A stretch of DNA of 64,000 nucleotides from an uncultured Acidobacteriota bacterium (GCA_963796275.1 CAWCKY010000001.1:800001-864000); one strand, 5' to 3'. Numbered from the stretch's first letter, positions 28,201 to 41,781 are shown. A program made the numbers and translations. Notes: generated by a model from the letters alone, not told the origin.

Positions 28201-28914
28201 TCAACTATCAATTTTATCTATCGATTTTGGCAGCTTCCCGCAGTGACCATTGGTTCTGGCCATCTGATGAACGGCCGCTCTTCTTTCAAATTCGTCGGTG
28301 AGTTTTTCGAGGGTTTCGTTCACCTGTCGCATTCGGGCGTCGGTGCTGGTCAATTCGAGCAACCTCTGCTTCACACTCGCTTCGATATCAAGATAGGCCG
28401 TGATGATGAATGTTAGTGCTTGGGCATCTTCCGGCAGATCCGGAACCTCGCCGGATTCCCGGTCGCTATCATCCTTGAGCTTCCGGTTAGCGACGAGCCA
28501 GCGGTGGAAAAGGTCTTTCGCGCGTTCCATCTGAGGAGACAAGTCTTCGAAGATCGGTTCATCGTCGAAGATTTCCACTTCGGCCTGAAGATACGGCTCG
28601 CCTTCAACGTAGTTGAGCAAGTGAAAGCGCTTCTCGCCGACACATAAAATATTGGAACGCCCATCCGGCAACCCCTGCACTACTGCGACTTCGACAGTGC
28701 AGCCAACGCTACCAGCCGGCATCCGTTCCGAATCGTCCGTCAAATCATCGCTGCGGTAGATGATGCCGAAGATCTTGTCGCCATCCATCACGTCTTTCAG
28801 CAGTTTGCGGTAGCGCGGTTCGAAAATATGCAGAGGGGTCAGCGCGCCGGGAAACTGGACGTGCGCCAGCGGGAATATGGGGATAACGCGAGTAATGGGA
28901 GTTATATCAGTCAT
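28201..28914 (-). CDS. Lon N-terminal substrate-binding domain protein
   Basis: [20 protein letters not shown]. Confidence 0.9.
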   Translation of the reverse strand: MTDITPITRVIPIFPLAHVQFPGALTPLHIFEPRYRKLLKDVMDGDKIFGIIYRSDDLTDDSERMPAGSVGCTVEVAVVQGLPDGRSNILCVGEKRFHLLNYVEGEPYLQAEVEIFDDEPIFEDLSPQMERAKDLFHRWLVANRKLKDDSDRESGEVPDLPEDAQALTFIITAYLDIEASVKQRLLELTSTDARMRQVNETLEKLTDEFERRAAVHQMARTNGHCGKLPKSIDKIDS

Positions 28915-30703
28915 TAACCTTAAGTACTGCCAGAAAGGCTTCCTGCGGGATTTCGACTTTGCCCACGCGCTTCATTCGCCTCTTGCCTTCTTTCTGCTTT
29001 TCGAGCAGCTTCCGTTTGCGCGAAATGTCGCCGCCGTAACATTTGGCTAGAACGTTTTTTCCGAGCGCTTTGATCGTTTCCCGCGCGATGACGCGCGATC
29101 CGATCGCAGCCTGGATCGGCACTTCGAACAATTGCCGTGGGATGAGTTTGCGCATTTTGTCGACAAGTGAGCGGCCGCGCGCATACGCCGCTTCTTTGTG
29201 CACAATCAGAGTGAGCGCATCAACCGGCTCACCGGCGACCAGGATATCGAGTTTCACCAGGTCGGCCTCGCGATATCCGGCGAAGTGATAATCGAGCGAA
29301 GCATAACCGCGCGAACTGGATTTCAACCGATCGAAGAAATCGAGCACGATCTCATTCAGCGGCAATTCGTAGGTCAACAGCACTCGTGTCGGCGTGATGT
29401 ATTCGAATCCCTTCTGCAAGCCGCGTTTTTCGTCGAGCAACGCGAGGATGTTCCCGAGGAACTCCTCATTGGTCATGATCATCGCCTGGATAATCGGTTC
29501 CTCGAATTTCACGATATCGCCCGGCGGCGGCATCTTGGAAGGATTATCGATCTCGCTCACCTCGCCGCGCACGTCGGTCAGGCGATAGCGTACGCCGGGG
29601 GCGGTCGTGATCAAATCTACATTGAACTCGCGTTCAAGCCGCTCCTGCACGATCTCCATATGCAGTAACCCGAGGAACCCGCAGCGGAATCCGAAGCCGA
29701 GCGCCGTTGATACCTCCGGATCGAAGAAGAATGAAGAATCGTTGAGACGTAATTTTTCCAGGGCATCGCGCAGCTCTTCGTACTGATTCGCCTCGACCGG
29801 ATAAATGCCCGCGAAGACCATCGGTTTGATCTCCTGGAACCCGGGAAACGGTTCTTTTGTCCGCCGCGCCGCCTCCGTGATCGTGTCGCCTATGTTCACG
29901 TCGGCGACCGTCTTGATGTTGGCGACTATGAACCCGACCTCCCCGGCGCCGAGTTTATCTATCTCGCGCGGCTTCGGCGTTAGCACCCCAAGTTCTTCGA
30001 CCTCGTAATCACGTCCTTTAGCCATCAACCGAATTTTCATTTTCGGACGTAATTCGCCGTCAATGACGCGCACCATGACGATCACGCCGCGATACGAATC
30101 GAACCAAGAATCGAAAATCAGAGCCTTGAGCGGCGCTTCGGTGGACCCCATCGGTGGAGGAATTTCGCGCACGATTGACTCGAGAATCTCGTCGATGCCT
30201 ATACCCGACTTCGCCGAAGCCATGATCGAGTTTTGTGTGCCCAGCCCGATAATGTTTTCGATCTGCTCTTTAACTTTCTCCGGCTCGGCGCCTGGAAGAT
30301 CGATCTTGTTGATGACCGGGATCAATTCCAGATTGTTATCTACCGCTAGATACGCGTTCGCCAGCGTCTGCGCCTCAACGCCCTGGCTCGCATCGACGAC
30401 TAGCAAGGCACCTTCACAGGCCGATAGGCTGCGGGAAACCTCGTAGGAGAAATCGACGTGGCCAGGCGTATCGATCAGATTCAGGATATAACTCTGACCA
30501 TTACGCGCCTGGTAATTGAGACGAACGGAGTGGGCTTTGATCGTAATGCCACGCTCGCGCTCGAGGTCCATAGCATCCAGCACCTGGTCCGACATTTCGC
30601 GCGATTCGAGGGCGCCGGTAGCCTCCAGCAGACGATCCGAAAGCGTAGTCTTACCGTGGTCGATATGCGCGATGATAGAAAAATTTCGAATATTTGATGA
30701 CAT
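28907..30703 (-). CDS. lepA: Elongation factor 4
   Basis: [34 protein letters not shown]. Confidence 0.98.
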   Translation of the reverse strand: MSSNIRNFSIIAHIDHGKTTLSDRLLEATGALESREMSDQVLDAMDLERERGITIKAHSVRLNYQARNGQSYILNLIDTPGHVDFSYEVSRSLSACEGALLVVDASQGVEAQTLANAYLAVDNNLELIPVINKIDLPGAEPEKVKEQIENIIGLGTQNSIMASAKSGIGIDEILESIVREIPPPMGSTEAPLKALIFDSWFDSYRGVIVMVRVIDGELRPKMKIRLMAKGRDYEVEELGVLTPKPREIDKLGAGEVGFIVANIKTVADVNIGDTITEAARRTKEPFPGFQEIKPMVFAGIYPVEANQYEELRDALEKLRLNDSSFFFDPEVSTALGFGFRCGFLGLLHMEIVQERLEREFNVDLITTAPGVRYRLTDVRGEVSEIDNPSKMPPPGDIVKFEEPIIQAMIMTNEEFLGNILALLDEKRGLQKGFEYITPTRVLLTYELPLNEIVLDFFDRLKSSSRGYASLDYHFAGYREADLVKLDILVAGEPVDALTLIVHKEAAYARGRSLVDKMRKLIPRQLFEVPIQAAIGSRVIARETIKALGKNVLAKCYGGDISRKRKLLEKQKEGKRRMKRVGKVEIPQEAFLAVLKVND

Positions 30704-31023
30704 AGAACATTAGGAGAATAGAAAATTGAGGAGGAAAAGGCAATGAGGATAGAGGCTGGGGTGAGGGCTGGCCCTGTACTCTGCTTGACAAACTTTAAAA
30801 TGTCACATTTTTAGACGCATAAGCGGTGATCATCATGCCCCGGCATTCAAGCCTCGAACGCCTACAAACGCTGAGCCGGGCTCACTCGCCACAAACGAAA
30901 CGAGCTGCAATGTGTGAAATAGCCTACTAATCTGCCCGTTTCATATGGCTTCCCGAAGAGCATTGAATCGCAGCATTTGACGGCATTCATTAGCGATAAA
31001 AGCAATAACTGCCTCTGACTCAC

Positions 31024-31674
31024 TCAATTTTTATTGGCGACGACCCTCCACAAATACCAGGAAGCAACCGAGCAATAGGGCCGCCATCCTCGTTCATCCG
31101 CGACTTGTTCAATCTGTTGCGCGTCTGGCAGGTCATCTAATTCATAAGCGATTTGTATTGCTTTCCTGATGCCGAGGTCTCCCACAGGCAGGACATTCAA
31201 TCGCCCGAGCGAGAAGATCAGGAACATGTGCGCAGTCCAGACGCCGATGCCCTTAACTTTGATGAGCATTTCGATCACCTCTTCGTCGCTCATCCGTGAA
31301 AGGCGCGTAAGTTTGAGTGTGCCGTCCGCGGTCTTCGCAGCCAGATCTTTGATGAATGAAACTTTCCCATTCGACATCCCGGTTGCGCGCAACTTTTCGT
31401 CCGGCGTCAGAAGAACTGACTCCGGTCTGGGAAATCGAGCGGGGGAATAAAGTGCTTTAAAACGGCCGATTATCGTGTTGGCGACTCTGGTCGAGAGCTG
31501 CTGCGAGATGATAGCGTCGACCAGCGTCTCGAAATAACGCGTGTGCGGGCGTAATAAGCAAGGCGTATGTTTTTTGATGTACACCCGCAAAACGGGATCG
31601 CGGCGTGAAAGATGATGCTCCGCCGCTCGCAGCGTCTCCCGATAGATATTTATCTTGTCGCTCTCTTTCTGCAT
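31024..31674 (-). CDS. DNA-3-methyladenine glycosylase II (AlkA family)
   Basis: [26 protein letters not shown]. Confidence 0.92.
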   Translation of the reverse strand: MQKESDKINIYRETLRAAEHHLSRRDPVLRVYIKKHTPCLLRPHTRYFETLVDAIISQQLSTRVANTIIGRFKALYSPARFPRPESVLLTPDEKLRATGMSNGKVSFIKDLAAKTADGTLKLTRLSRMSDEEVIEMLIKVKGIGVWTAHMFLIFSLGRLNVLPVGDLGIRKAIQIAYELDDLPDAQQIEQVADERGWRPYCSVASWYLWRVVANKN

Positions 31675-31681
31675 TTTCGGA

Positions 31682-32359
31682 TCAGGTGGAATGATGTTTT
31701 GCTAATAGCTTTTTAGTGAATTTTGCAGTGACCTTGCCGCTATCAATATCTGCCTTTAATCTGTCCAGTTCAGCCGGCGTGTCGACGTCGTACCAGGTGG
31801 GTAACAGATTCAATTTCAAGCCTGCATCGCGCACCCGATCATTGGTCGCCGAAAGCACACCGCCGGTACCCCACGGAATGTCGGCGAAGATTTCCCGTCT
31901 GAACTTGCGCATCCCGATCAGATAATACCCGTCGTCTTCCGCGGGGCCGAGGACGACATCATCTTCATCGGACAACCTTTCAAATGCTTCGAACACATAA
32001 TCGGCAGGTAAGGTCGGGCTGTCGGCGCCGATGACGGCCACGGAATCGAATCCCAAATCAAAAAAATCCATAAAGCAATGGGACAGCCGATCGCCCAGGT
32101 CCTCTCCTCGCTGAGCGAGCATAAGGCAGCCCTCTCGTTCGACTACTTCGAAGGCCTCTTCCTCGCCAGCGGGCGTGTAGCAAAGTGCGAGCGCCAGCGC
32201 CTCTCGCTCATCTTGCAGATATTCCATAAGGACGAATGTGTCCCGCAGAAAACTGATGTAGAGCTCCGTTACTTCGGCCGCACTGAGTTTCCCTATCAGC
32301 CGTGTTTTGACCTCACCCTCGCGCGGCGCTTTTGCCAACAAGACCAATACCTCTTTCAA
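31682..32359 (-). CDS. DUF2064 / CofC-like transferase
   Basis: [41 protein letters not shown]. Confidence 0.88.
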   Translation of the reverse strand: MKEVLVLLAKAPREGEVKTRLIGKLSAAEVTELYISFLRDTFVLMEYLQDEREALALALCYTPAGEEEAFEVVEREGCLMLAQRGEDLGDRLSHCFMDFFDLGFDSVAVIGADSPTLPADYVFEAFERLSDEDDVVLGPAEDDGYYLIGMRKFRREIFADIPWGTGGVLSATNDRVRDAGLKLNLLPTWYDVDTPAELDRLKADIDSGKVTAKFTKKLLAKHHST

Positions 32360-32448
32360 ACCTCTATCTCCCTTACCGATGTCAGTAATTACGTATGTCG
32401 AGGTGTAAAGGGGGGATGTCAAAATTTGTTTCCCCTTTTCGCTGCGAG

Positions 32449-33270
32449 CTAGCGCGGTTTTTCCGCATCCTCGAGTCGCTTCGCTTCATTCCAATACTCA
32501 TCCATCTGGGTAAGCGATGTGTCAACCCAGGCGATGCCCCGTTCTAGGAGCCTTTTCTCGATGTGACTGAACCGGCGACGGAATTTGCGGTTTGCCCCCT
32601 TGAGCGCCGATTCCGGTTCTACTCCGTGCCAGCGGGCGATGTTTGTGATAACGAAAAGCAGATCGCCGATCTCATCTGCGATTGCATCCTGATCGCGGTC
32701 ATCGCGATTGATTTCGTCCTTCAACTCCCGGAGCTCCTCCTCGAGCTTGGTGAATATGTCATCGCCGTGCTTCCAGTCGAAACCGACGCGGGCGGCTTTG
32801 GCGGTCAATTGGTTCGCTTCGAGCAACGCAGGGAGTTTGGTTGACGTGCCGGCCAGGAGCGATTCGCGTTTGTCTTCTTTCTGGCCATTCTGCTCACGTT
32901 CGGCGGCTTTGATCGATTCCCAGTTCGAAAGCACTTCGGCCGTGCTCGAGACTTTTTCATCGCCGAAGACGTGCGGGTGGCGGCGAGTCATTTTTTCGTG
33001 AACGCGCGCAATTGCCTGGTAGACATCGAAATGCCCGGACTCTGTGCCGATCTGTCCGTAAAAGACGATCTGGAAGAGCAGGTCGCCGAGCTCGTCGCGC
33101 AATTCGCCCCAATTTCCGGATTCGGCGGCTTCGATTACCTCGTAAGCCTCTTCAATCAACATAGGCCCGAGAGTTGTGTAATTTTGCTCACGATCCCACG
33201 GACATCCGTCGGGGGAGCGCAAACGCTCCATCATCTCAACCAGGTCCTGAAAATTCTTTTTAGATTCCAT
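32449..33270 (-). CDS. mazG: Nucleoside triphosphate pyrophosphohydrolase MazG
   Basis: [30 protein letters not shown]. Confidence 0.96.
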   Translation of the reverse strand: MESKKNFQDLVEMMERLRSPDGCPWDREQNYTTLGPMLIEEAYEVIEAAESGNWGELRDELGDLLFQIVFYGQIGTESGHFDVYQAIARVHEKMTRRHPHVFGDEKVSSTAEVLSNWESIKAAEREQNGQKEDKRESLLAGTSTKLPALLEANQLTAKAARVGFDWKHGDDIFTKLEEELRELKDEINRDDRDQDAIADEIGDLLFVITNIARWHGVEPESALKGANRKFRRRFSHIEKRLLERGIAWVDTSLTQMDEYWNEAKRLEDAEKPR

Positions 33271-33566
33271 TATTTCTTCCCACCGAAGTGAGGCAATATA
33301 ACAAACTGTCAGTTGACTCAACAAGAATTCGGTTATAGCAATATTTCATAGTTGGTGATCAATTTTGTGGCATTTTTTCCTTATGCATAGGGGAAAATTT
33401 GCGATCTTCCCCTTAACATCTAAGCTGTGCTGTGGTAAAAACTTTTGTCCCAATACGAGTTTGGCCATTCCCTGGATCAACCTTCCTCCTTCGACTGCTC
33501 TAGCACGGGCCTTGCTATAAGAATAAGCTCGTTCCTGCAAACCAATCAATCGCGAGGAGTTCCGAG

Positions 33567-34001
33567 ATGCTTGCTACCAAACCCGAAAAGGCGTTGCAAC
33601 CGATTGCCATCACTGATAATAAACCCCGCCTGCTACTTTTCAGCGATTCAGCCGAGCGTTTAAATGCGCTCAAATCTTGCGTTGCCGCCGCTGATTTCGA
33701 AATCTATTTAGCGTGTTCAATGAAAGAAATGCGGCGCGCCTGTCGCCAGCCGCATGACCTGGTTGCAATCGATGCCGCCCCTTCAGATATCATCGAGATA
33801 CTCAATCTGATTCGAGGGAGCGCGGTCAATGCAGAGATTCCGGTCTTGGTAGAGTATACAAGGATCAGCAAAGATCAGAGGCTCGCCGGCGTTCTGCCGA
33901 ACTTTCGGGCGATGCCTTGCAACAATGCGGAAATGCAGGTTCTTTTGCGTAAGCAGATTGGTGCGACCGATCGCACACAAAGTCGCCGCTTTATGCTTTA
34001 A
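33567..34001 (+). CDS. Degenerate receiver-like hypothetical protein
   Basis: GAGGAG RBS; HDLVAIDA and IPVLV resemble a CheY fold. Confidence 0.6.
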   Translation: MLATKPEKALQPIAITDNKPRLLLFSDSAERLNALKSCVAAADFEIYLACSMKEMRRACRQPHDLVAIDAAPSDIIEILNLIRGSAVNAEIPVLVEYTRISKDQRLAGVLPNFRAMPCNNAEMQVLLRKQIGATDRTQSRRFML

Positions 34002-34986
34002 GTGTCAGGGATGCGAGCAATGCCGCGCCGATAACTCCCGCTTCGGCGCCTAGCTCGGCTGATACGATCCGGCAATCATAGAATGCTTCTTCGGAGACCC
34101 TTTGTTGTGTTTCCTGGGCGATCGCGTGTACGAGGAATCGGCGCCCGGCCGGAGCTCCTCCGACTGCGATCATGGATAGGTTGAGAAGGCTGGTAACGTC
34201 TGCGATTGCCATCGCGATAAATATACCCGTACGTTGCAGCATCATCTTCGCGAGATCGTCGCCTTCGTGCGCCGCCGTAATTATATCGTCGTAGGTGAAT
34301 CCTCCCATCGCGCCCAACCGCGAAAGGGAGGATGTCTTATCGCGTTGTAACCGGTCGCGTGTGCGACGGACGATGTTCTCGGCTGAGACCATCGTCTCAA
34401 GCTGCACCGAATCCCCGTTGCGCTCGGGATCGATTCTTACCTGGCCGATCGAGCCTGCGAGTCCCGACCTGCCCCGCTGTAGCTTCCCGCCCAGGACGAG
34501 TCCAGCGCTGACATTTGCGCCGATGTGCAGATAGAGCCAGTTATCCACACCCTGCGCGATTCCTTCGGTCATTTCAGCATAAGCTGCCGCATTCGCATTA
34601 TTGTCGAAGTAGACGGGAACCCCGAATAGTTGGGAAAACTCCCGTTGAAGATCGATTTCTGCCAAGCTCGGCAGATGCGGCATGGGGAGAACGCGCTGGG
34701 TGTCCTGATTGACCGGGCTGGGAAAAGCAACCCCGATGGCGGACACCGGGAAGGTCGAATTATGCTCCTCAACCATCTGTTTTGTGACCATCAGAATCTG
34801 GTCGGCGAGCGCGTACGAATTCTGTGTCGCCTGTTCAGAGTAGGGTTCGCGGCGAAATGCCATGAGGCGACCGCCCCCCTCGACCATTCCGATGCGGATG
34901 TGGTTACCGCCCAGGTCGATGCCGAGAAGACCCGCCTCCATAAACGCTTCTTGCGAAGATTCAGTGGGAGGAAAATTCTGTGTCAT
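33991..34986 (-). CDS. ROK-family sugar kinase-like protein
   Basis: [30 protein letters not shown]. Confidence 0.9.
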   Translation of the reverse strand: MTQNFPPTESSQEAFMEAGLLGIDLGGNHIRIGMVEGGGRLMAFRREPYSEQATQNSYALADQILMVTKQMVEEHNSTFPVSAIGVAFPSPVNQDTQRVLPMPHLPSLAEIDLQREFSQLFGVPVYFDNNANAAAYAEMTEGIAQGVDNWLYLHIGANVSAGLVLGGKLQRGRSGLAGSIGQVRIDPERNGDSVQLETMVSAENIVRRTRDRLQRDKTSSLSRLGAMGGFTYDDIITAAHEGDDLAKMMLQRTGIFIAMAIADVTSLLNLSMIAVGGAPAGRRFLVHAIAQETQQRVSEEAFYDCRIVSAELGAEAGVIGAALLASLTLKA

Positions 34987-35164
34987 AGTAAGTTGCCCGC
35001 GCGCCGACTATAGCAATGCATCCTAACGCTGTCAATTTATGACCTCATTTGCAAATAAACGTAATTTTAGTCTTAATTGAGATGGCTTGCGATGTGGGAT
35101 TCCATCAAGTATCTTACGTCGCGCTTGCTTCATATTCTGCAATCGCAAATATTTACCTTGATCA

Positions 35165-35863
35165 ATGCTAATTGAAGACCTGATAAGAGAATACGGATTA
35201 TGGGCTGTCTTCATCGGTGTAATGATCGAAGGCGATCTGACGCTGCTTTTTGCGGGGGTTTTGGCGCACTACGGTCTTTTCAGTTTCAGTGAGGCGCTGC
35301 TCACTGGAACACTTGGCGGGTTTGTCAGCGACATGATCAGCTATCTCATAGGGTACCGTGGTAAGGAGTGGATAAAAAACAGCCGATTTTACCAACGAGC
35401 TCAGCCGAGGCTAGAGAGGTTGTGTGCGCGCTTCGGTATTTACTCGATCTTCCTCGTCAAGTATGTCTGGGGACTTCGGACTGCGAGCGCGGTCTTCTGG
35501 GGGTTCGCTCACATGCGGTTGAGCCGGTTCAGCCCATTCACATTTGCCAGTTGTGGGCTTTGGGCGCTCATCCTGATCGGCAGCGGATATTTCTTCAGCG
35601 GAGCCATCGGAGTAATAATCGGCGAAGTGCATCGCATCGGATTTTTATTGTTACTTGGATTTACGATCGCCTGCGCAGTGGCTCTCGCATTTTATCTGAT
35701 CGAGCGGTACGTCATCGCCCGCAGGGTTCCCGAGTTGGAGCCTCCGCTCCTGCACGATCCGGTGCACGAGAAAATGCACGAGACTCCGCCCGACGATCTT
35801 GAGTGTGAGTACGAGGAAGACATGACAGAAAGTCGCAAAGACGCAAAGGCACAACGGAGATGA
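35165..35863 (+). CDS. DedA-family membrane protein
   Basis: [17 protein letters not shown]. Confidence 0.88.
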   Translation: MLIEDLIREYGLWAVFIGVMIEGDLTLLFAGVLAHYGLFSFSEALLTGTLGGFVSDMISYLIGYRGKEWIKNSRFYQRAQPRLERLCARFGIYSIFLVKYVWGLRTASAVFWGFAHMRLSRFSPFTFASCGLWALILIGSGYFFSGAIGVIIGEVHRIGFLLLLGFTIACAVALAFYLIERYVIARRVPELEPPLLHDPVHEKMHETPPDDLECEYEEDMTESRKDAKAQRR

Positions 35864-35864
35864 T

Positions 35865-35963
<99 letters not shown>

Positions 35964-36607
35964 GCAACTTTGGAATCAAGTGTTTACCACAACGACGAAC
36001 GAAAGAACAAACATCAGTCATCCTTTTGGTCACCCTAATTAATTTAATAATCGGGATTTCTGCGATCTGAATACGGGCATACGGATTGTCCGGGATACGC
36101 TTCTTCAAATGGGGGCGTGCCCTCGATGGTTTCTGCACCATTCCTCGCGGTGACCCGCTGGCTATCCACTTATAGCGGTTTTGCTGGCTTATGCTCGTGA
36201 AGCAGGCATTTGCGTGGAAGTCTGGCTGATAAGAGCAATTACCCGAACGGCTGCCGGTGGTTTCAGGGCATAAGACAGATGAGTAATGGCCGGGCTCTTG
36301 ATGATGCGTACCGTACGCAAAGCCCGGCCCTCCCCGCCGCGCAAAGCCCACTAACTGCACGGCAAGACTTGCTCGGGGCAGTGTTATATGTGCTGGGGTG
36401 GTGAATATGTGTCGCTATAATGGGACAAAAATGTTTATATTTTGTTTCGGTGCAAAAAATTTGCTAAGCGGCAATGCAGACCGGGGAGGGAATTCCTGGT
36501 TCGCCTTTTTGTTATTGGTGCCTCATTCTTGATTTCACCCGGTTTTTGCTTTCTGGGTTGCGGCGCATTCAGTTCGATGTAGCAGTGGTTGTTTGGTCCG
36601 GGATGCC

Positions 36608-36674
36608 CTTAATATTGTGGAAACAAAGTTTTTGATATTGTTCTAGCCCCTTCGCGGGCTGCAGCATTATCAAA
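36608..36674. repeat. 67-bp dispersed hairpin repeat, copy 1
   Basis: Near-identical reverse complement at 51239-51307. Confidence 0.8.
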
Positions 36675-36770
36675 TAACATACATAGTTTACAGGTTACTT
36701 AATGTCACGATTGCTCCTTTATCGTGCTGGAATCTCATTCGTGTTTGGCTCTTCCACAACCCCCAGCACC

Positions 36771-37319
36771 TCATAGTTTCTTGGCCGGAGGAGGCGACGG
36801 ATATTGCTCAAACATCTGCGTCAAGGCTTTGCTGAGCGTTTTTTCGACTTGCTCAGGCGAGTCGATGAGAGTACTGCTCGCAGTCCCGTGCCATATAAAC
36901 TTTCCGTTTTTGACATCAAAGATGTCGATAATCAGGTGGCCCACCGGAATCATCTCGATAGGTTTAGTCGGCGTCCCGCCTAAATCGTTGGACCATTTCC
37001 CTCCTCCATATGTCTCCAGATCGGTCGTATTTGGTTTTGTAAATTTCTCCGTACCGGCGTGGTAAACCAGGACTATATCCGGTTTATCGTTTGCATCGAT
37101 CTTTTGCAGGCCCTTGGCGGCGAGTTGCGCATCAATGCCATCGACGATCTGCTGATTGAGCAACTTGTTTTTAACCGGAGTCCCATTCACATAGGCGTAG
37201 GTCTTATAGCCTGAGAAGTCGTTCCCCTTGTCATACTCCACTTTCACATCCTGCGCCACGATGCCGCTGGTCATAATCACCACAAAACACAGACACCAAC
37301 CTTTTCGACCTAACCTCAT
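36771..37319 (-). CDS. DUF4136-family secreted protein
   Basis: YDKGNDFSGYKTY, LAAKGL, GHLIIDIFD, IWHG, YP. Confidence 0.85.
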   Translation of the reverse strand: MRLGRKGWCLCFVVIMTSGIVAQDVKVEYDKGNDFSGYKTYAYVNGTPVKNKLLNQQIVDGIDAQLAAKGLQKIDANDKPDIVLVYHAGTEKFTKPNTTDLETYGGGKWSNDLGGTPTKPIEMIPVGHLIIDIFDVKNGKFIWHGTASSTLIDSPEQVEKTLSKALTQMFEQYPSPPPAKKL

Positions 37320-37617
37320 AATCTCCTCCTTGCAATGATCAGAGTTTGAATTAAAAGAATAAGTATCCACTTTTAGAGTCAGTCAACTCCATATACAGCT
37401 AATCCCAACTTGGCCTTCGGGTCGTGCCATCATCGGATCAGCCCGAACTTCGGCGACTGCTTGCGCAACCGGTGCCGCGTTAGGTCCGCATTGTGGGGAG
37501 CGCCTTCAACGTAGAGTATACTCAGTCTTTTTACAGTCGTTAGTTATTGTGGGCAGCATCTCTATTGCCTGCCATCCTGATTAACGCATCGAAAGTTGAG
37601 GCTCTGCGGTCAACTTG

Positions 37618-38301
37618 CTATCTGACTATTAGCTCAAAGGGTCTCTCGCCAAGTTCAGCGAGAACAGATTGAATGATCATGTTCTCGCCGAGCGCGGGCT
37701 TGATAGCCAGACCTTGCTTGAGGCACCTGAGGGCGAGCTGCTGGTGCCCCAGGTCATACAGGCCTAGACCTAGTCCGACCCAGGCTTCGGCATTGCTGGA
37801 GTCTATCCTGACGGCTATGAGGAAAGCCCGGGTTGATTGTTCAACATCGTCCCTGATCGCGAATTCCACTCCGAGGTCGAAGTATCTTCTCGCGTCCGCT
37901 TCGACAACTCCTATCCCCTCGAGGCTTGTACCGACACTGTCCTCTGTCCTGGTTCGCTGGACATTGATGATCGCCAGCATATGCATCACATCAGGGTGGG
38001 TCCCTAGCTCTGGTTTCAGATCGATCGCTTTGAGGAGGCACTTTTCTCCATCCTCCCAATGATCGAGGTCGAGCAGGGTAGCGCCGAGCATCAACCATGC
38101 ATCGGCGAATTGCGGGTCACTCTCCACAGATGCGTGGAATGCCTTAGCAGCCAGCTCGAGGTTATCAACCTGGACATACTTGATGCCCTGTTGGAAATAT
38201 CCCTTGGCGGGAGAATCGGATTGCGCAAAAGCCTGACTGCCGAGGGCAGCGACGGCGAGCACTGCGATAGCGACGAGGGAGCGTATATTCTTGCTTTTCA
38301 T
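37618..38301 (-). CDS. Secreted TPR protein
   Basis: Signal peptide; ADAWLMLG and AEAWVGLG TPR repeats. Confidence 0.8.
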   Translation of the reverse strand: MKSKNIRSLVAIAVLAVAALGSQAFAQSDSPAKGYFQQGIKYVQVDNLELAAKAFHASVESDPQFADAWLMLGATLLDLDHWEDGEKCLLKAIDLKPELGTHPDVMHMLAIINVQRTRTEDSVGTSLEGIGVVEADARRYFDLGVEFAIRDDVEQSTRAFLIAVRIDSSNAEAWVGLGLGLYDLGHQQLALRCLKQGLAIKPALGENMIIQSVLAELGERPFELIVR

Positions 38302-38473
38302 TTTCGATCTCCTTCCATTCCTTTCCATCAACTTATTGCTACAGTGAACATACCAGCGTCTTGGGCTGTTGAAAATTGTATGTTAGTTCCATCTAATTGT
38401 ACTTTAGTGATATGCGGTTTGTACTAATGGGAAATCACAGTTGGACGGTAAGTGGGAACGCTGGGTGAGGTTT

Positions 38474-38839
38474 TCAGAGGCCGATCGTGTGAATGGCTGT
38501 TATCAGGGAATGGGTGCTGAACGGCTTGTTGAAGAAGTCAACCGCCCCAGCCTGTAGCACATGCTTCTGCATCTCTGCATCCTTTTTACCGGAGATGAAG
38601 ATGATCGGGATGCGTTGGCTGAAGTCATTTAGTCGCTGCTGCAGCTCGATTCCGCTCATCCCGGGCAAATCCACGTCCAGGATGAGGCAGGCCGAGTCGC
38701 ATATTCGCCCGGAATCAAGAAACTCCTCCGCCGAGGTGAACGTCTCAACGTCGAACGCGGCCGACCGGATGATTCGCGCCAACATTCGGCTTATCGACCG
38801 GTCATCATCCACCACAGAGATTAAGCGCTTCGCAACCAA
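38474..38839 (-). CDS. Single-domain response regulator
   Basis: VVDDD, LILDVDLPGMSG, KPF. Confidence 0.92.
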   Translation of the reverse strand: MVAKRLISVVDDDRSISRMLARIIRSAAFDVETFTSAEEFLDSGRICDSACLILDVDLPGMSGIELQQRLNDFSQRIPIIFISGKKDAEMQKHVLQAGAVDFFNKPFSTHSLITAIHTIGL

Positions 38840-38988
38840 ATAAATCTGCTCCCTTCATTTAATTTGACGATCTAAAAAATCGCTTCCGATGAAATCCTGA
38901 CGGCCGCATAGTTTCCCGCGGCATCGTGTCCGCGATAAAAATATCAGAAGAGAGGGAAGGTGAGAATTGTACTTTGGGACAATTCGGT

Positions 38989-39615
38989 TTAGCGTCCCTG
39001 CGCCGCGATCCCCAGCTTATCGGCCATACGGACCAGATCGGCCACTGAATCAGCCTGCATCTTTTGCATGACCTGATGGCGGTGAGCCTTGACCGTCCGC
39101 TCGGTAGTACCGATTTCCCCAGCGATCTGTTTGTTGAGTAAGCCTACTGCGACCAGGGCGAAGACCTCGCGCTCGCGCGCGGTGAGAGAGCCGTAGTGCT
39201 GGCGCAGGTCTGCAACCGCGATGCGCTGTTGTCTCGCCTCTCGGTCCAGATTGATCGCTTCCCTGACGGCGTCCAGCAAATCCTGATTGCGGAAGGGCTT
39301 GGTCAGGAATCCAACCGCGCCAGCCTTCACCGCCTGCACTGACATTGGGATGTCGCCGTGCCCGGTGATGAAAACGGTCGGGATCTGATGGCCTGCCTTC
39401 GCCAGCTCACGCTGGAGGTCGAGCCCGCTCAAACCTGGCATCTGGACGTCGAGGATGAGACACGAAGGTGCATCCGGAGCGGAGGCGTGCAGAAACTCTT
39501 CAGCCGACGCGTAGGAGACTGACTGCAGGCCTACAGTACCGACGAGCCGCGCGAGGAAGGCGCGAAACGACGAATCGTCGTCCACGATGATGACGACAGG
39601 TGGCTTTTCGGTCAT
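38989..39615 (-). CDS. FixJ/NodW-type response regulator (REC + LuxR HTH)
   Basis: TGHGDIPM, LTAREREV, NKQIA, TVKAHR. Confidence 0.94.
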   Translation of the reverse strand: MTEKPPVVIIVDDDSSFRAFLARLVGTVGLQSVSYASAEEFLHASAPDAPSCLILDVQMPGLSGLDLQRELAKAGHQIPTVFITGHGDIPMSVQAVKAGAVGFLTKPFRNQDLLDAVREAINLDREARQQRIAVADLRQHYGSLTAREREVFALVAVGLLNKQIAGEIGTTERTVKAHRHQVMQKMQADSVADLVRMADKLGIAAQGR

Positions 39616-41640
39616 GATCCCTCCTTCTTCCCGGCCGGCAGCGTGAACATAAAAGTCGCCCCCGGCCCGTCATGGGCTTCGGCCCACAGGCGGCCCCCAT
39701 GCGCCTCGATGATCGATCGGCTGATTGCCAGCCCCATCCCCATCCCACCTGGTTTGGTTGTATGAAAGGCTTTGAACATTTGTTCGAAATTCCGGGGGGC
39801 GATCCCGATACCGCAGTCCCATACCGAAGCCAGCACCAAATTTCCCTCGCCCTTCTCCGTCATTACTTTTAGTTCCCGTGTTCGTCCTTCGACCCCGGCC
39901 ATGGCATCGATGCCGTTTATGAACAGGTTGAGTAGCACCTGCTGCAACTGCACACGGTCGCCGAGCACAGGCGGGAGAATGGTACCCAGCTCGGCACGGA
40001 GCGTGACCTGTTTTCTTTTCGCTTCATGTCCAACCAGCAACAGAACCTCGCGGATGGCCATGTTGAGGTCAAGCTCTGTCTTCTGCGTAGTACTTTTCTT
40101 GACCATGGCACGGATCCTGGCGATGATCTCGCTCGCGCGGAGTCCGTCGCTCGCGATGTCGGCAAGTGCCTCGCGCGCCAGCTCGAGGTCGGGTTGACGA
40201 TCGTTGAGCTTTTGGAGGCAGATTTCGGCGTTGCCGACGATGGCGCCCAGCGGTTGATTGACCTCATGAGCGATCGAGGCAGCCAGCTCACTCATTGTCG
40301 TCACCCGTGTGACGTGCGCGAGCTCGGCCTGCGTCCGACGCAACTCTTCCTCAGCCTGCATGCGCTCGGTGATGTCGATTCCCATCCCGACAAGATACGG
40401 CTTGCCGTCGAAGAGCACTCGCCGGCCGGTGAAAAAGTATGGGATGGTCCGCCCATCCTTGCAGACTAGCCCTGCCTCCACAGTCGCCTCACCCGTTGTG
40501 AAGACCTCGCCGATCCTCTCCGCGATCAGATGCTTGTCATACCCGGAGAAGAATTCAAGCGGATGCATCCCCTCAATCTCTTTGCGCGAATAGCCGGTGA
40601 CGATTTCAAAGTTTTTGTTCCACCTGAGGAACCGGCCCTCATGGTCGTAGTGGTAAAAGACTCCAGGCAGGCTATCGATCGTGGTGTCGGAGAAACTCTT
40701 CTCCCACATCAGACTCTCCTCGGCTCGTTTTCGCGCGATGACCCGGCCCAACTCTGCGGCAACCGTGACAATCACTCCCATCAGTCGTTCATCCTCCTGT
40801 TGCGGCTCGCGCAGAAAGAATTCGATCACCGCCAGAACCTCGTCGCCTGAGAGGATGGGGATCCCCAACGCCGCTTTCAACCCGGATTCTCTGGCAACCT
40901 CAAACCTGGGGAAGTTGGCGTCCAGAGTGACATCCTCAATCCAGACAGGTTGCTTCGATGCCAACACGCGCCCTGGCAGACCAACTCCCGGCAGAAAACT
41001 AGCGTTCTCAGAGGCGGCCCGGAAATTGGCTAGACCATCGACGCCGGTGAACCATGCCGGGCTGCAATCGAGGGCTACGCCGCCCTGACGCGGGATCCAT
41101 GCCTGACCGATTGCCCAACCTGTTTTCTCGCAGACGCGCTGAAGCACGACTTCCAGAGCGTTAGTAAGATCAATGGCCGCCGCCACTTCCATCGAGATAG
41201 TTTGCAGCAGGCTGAGCCGCTCTTCCGCACGCTTGCGCTTGGTGATATCACGCCAGACGGTATATAGGATCTGCCGGTCGTCCAACGGAATAGCCGTGAG
41301 CAGAACCTCAACGGGAAGCACACTGCCATCAGCGAGTTTGATCATCCACTCGAAGCGGTGATTACCTCTTTCGAAGGCCGTTGATCATCTCGTTTGCTTC
41401 GAATAAGGAGCGTCCGGCGGTTTGAAATGGAGGCGAGAGGGCTGAAGGATGAGTCGATAGTAACTCTTCCTTACTGGAGTATTGCAGCATTTGGACGGCC
41501 GCCTGATTGCAATCTACGAAAATGCCACCGTCAATCAGGAGAATGGCATCAGCCGATCTTTCGAACAGCAGATTTAATGTGTTCTCCGGCAACATCTCAT
41601 GCGCTGGTTTGTGAATATTGCTCGCCACTTCTCCATTCAC
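39612..41640 (-). CDS. PAS-GAF-PAS sensor histidine kinase (FixL/NodV type); frameshift near 41380
   Basis: PAS start (DCNQAA) continues as AFERGNHRFEW in the next frame; AHEVNQPL, LNLFING, GMGMGLAI. Confidence 0.9.
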
Positions 41641-41781
41641 CGGATCAGGCCGTCAAAACAACAAATGAGAAAGAGATAACGACAGAGTCGATAAAATATT
41701 CGATGGCCGCCTGCGACACTGAGAATCTTCCATACTCTTTGATCATACATTGCCCCTTATCAGTGCAGGACAGGAACCTCA

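Noticed and set aside
30836-30885. GCCC(C)GGC...GCCGGGC hairpin upstream of lepA as a riboswitch
   Set aside because: Single stem with no recognisable aptamer core
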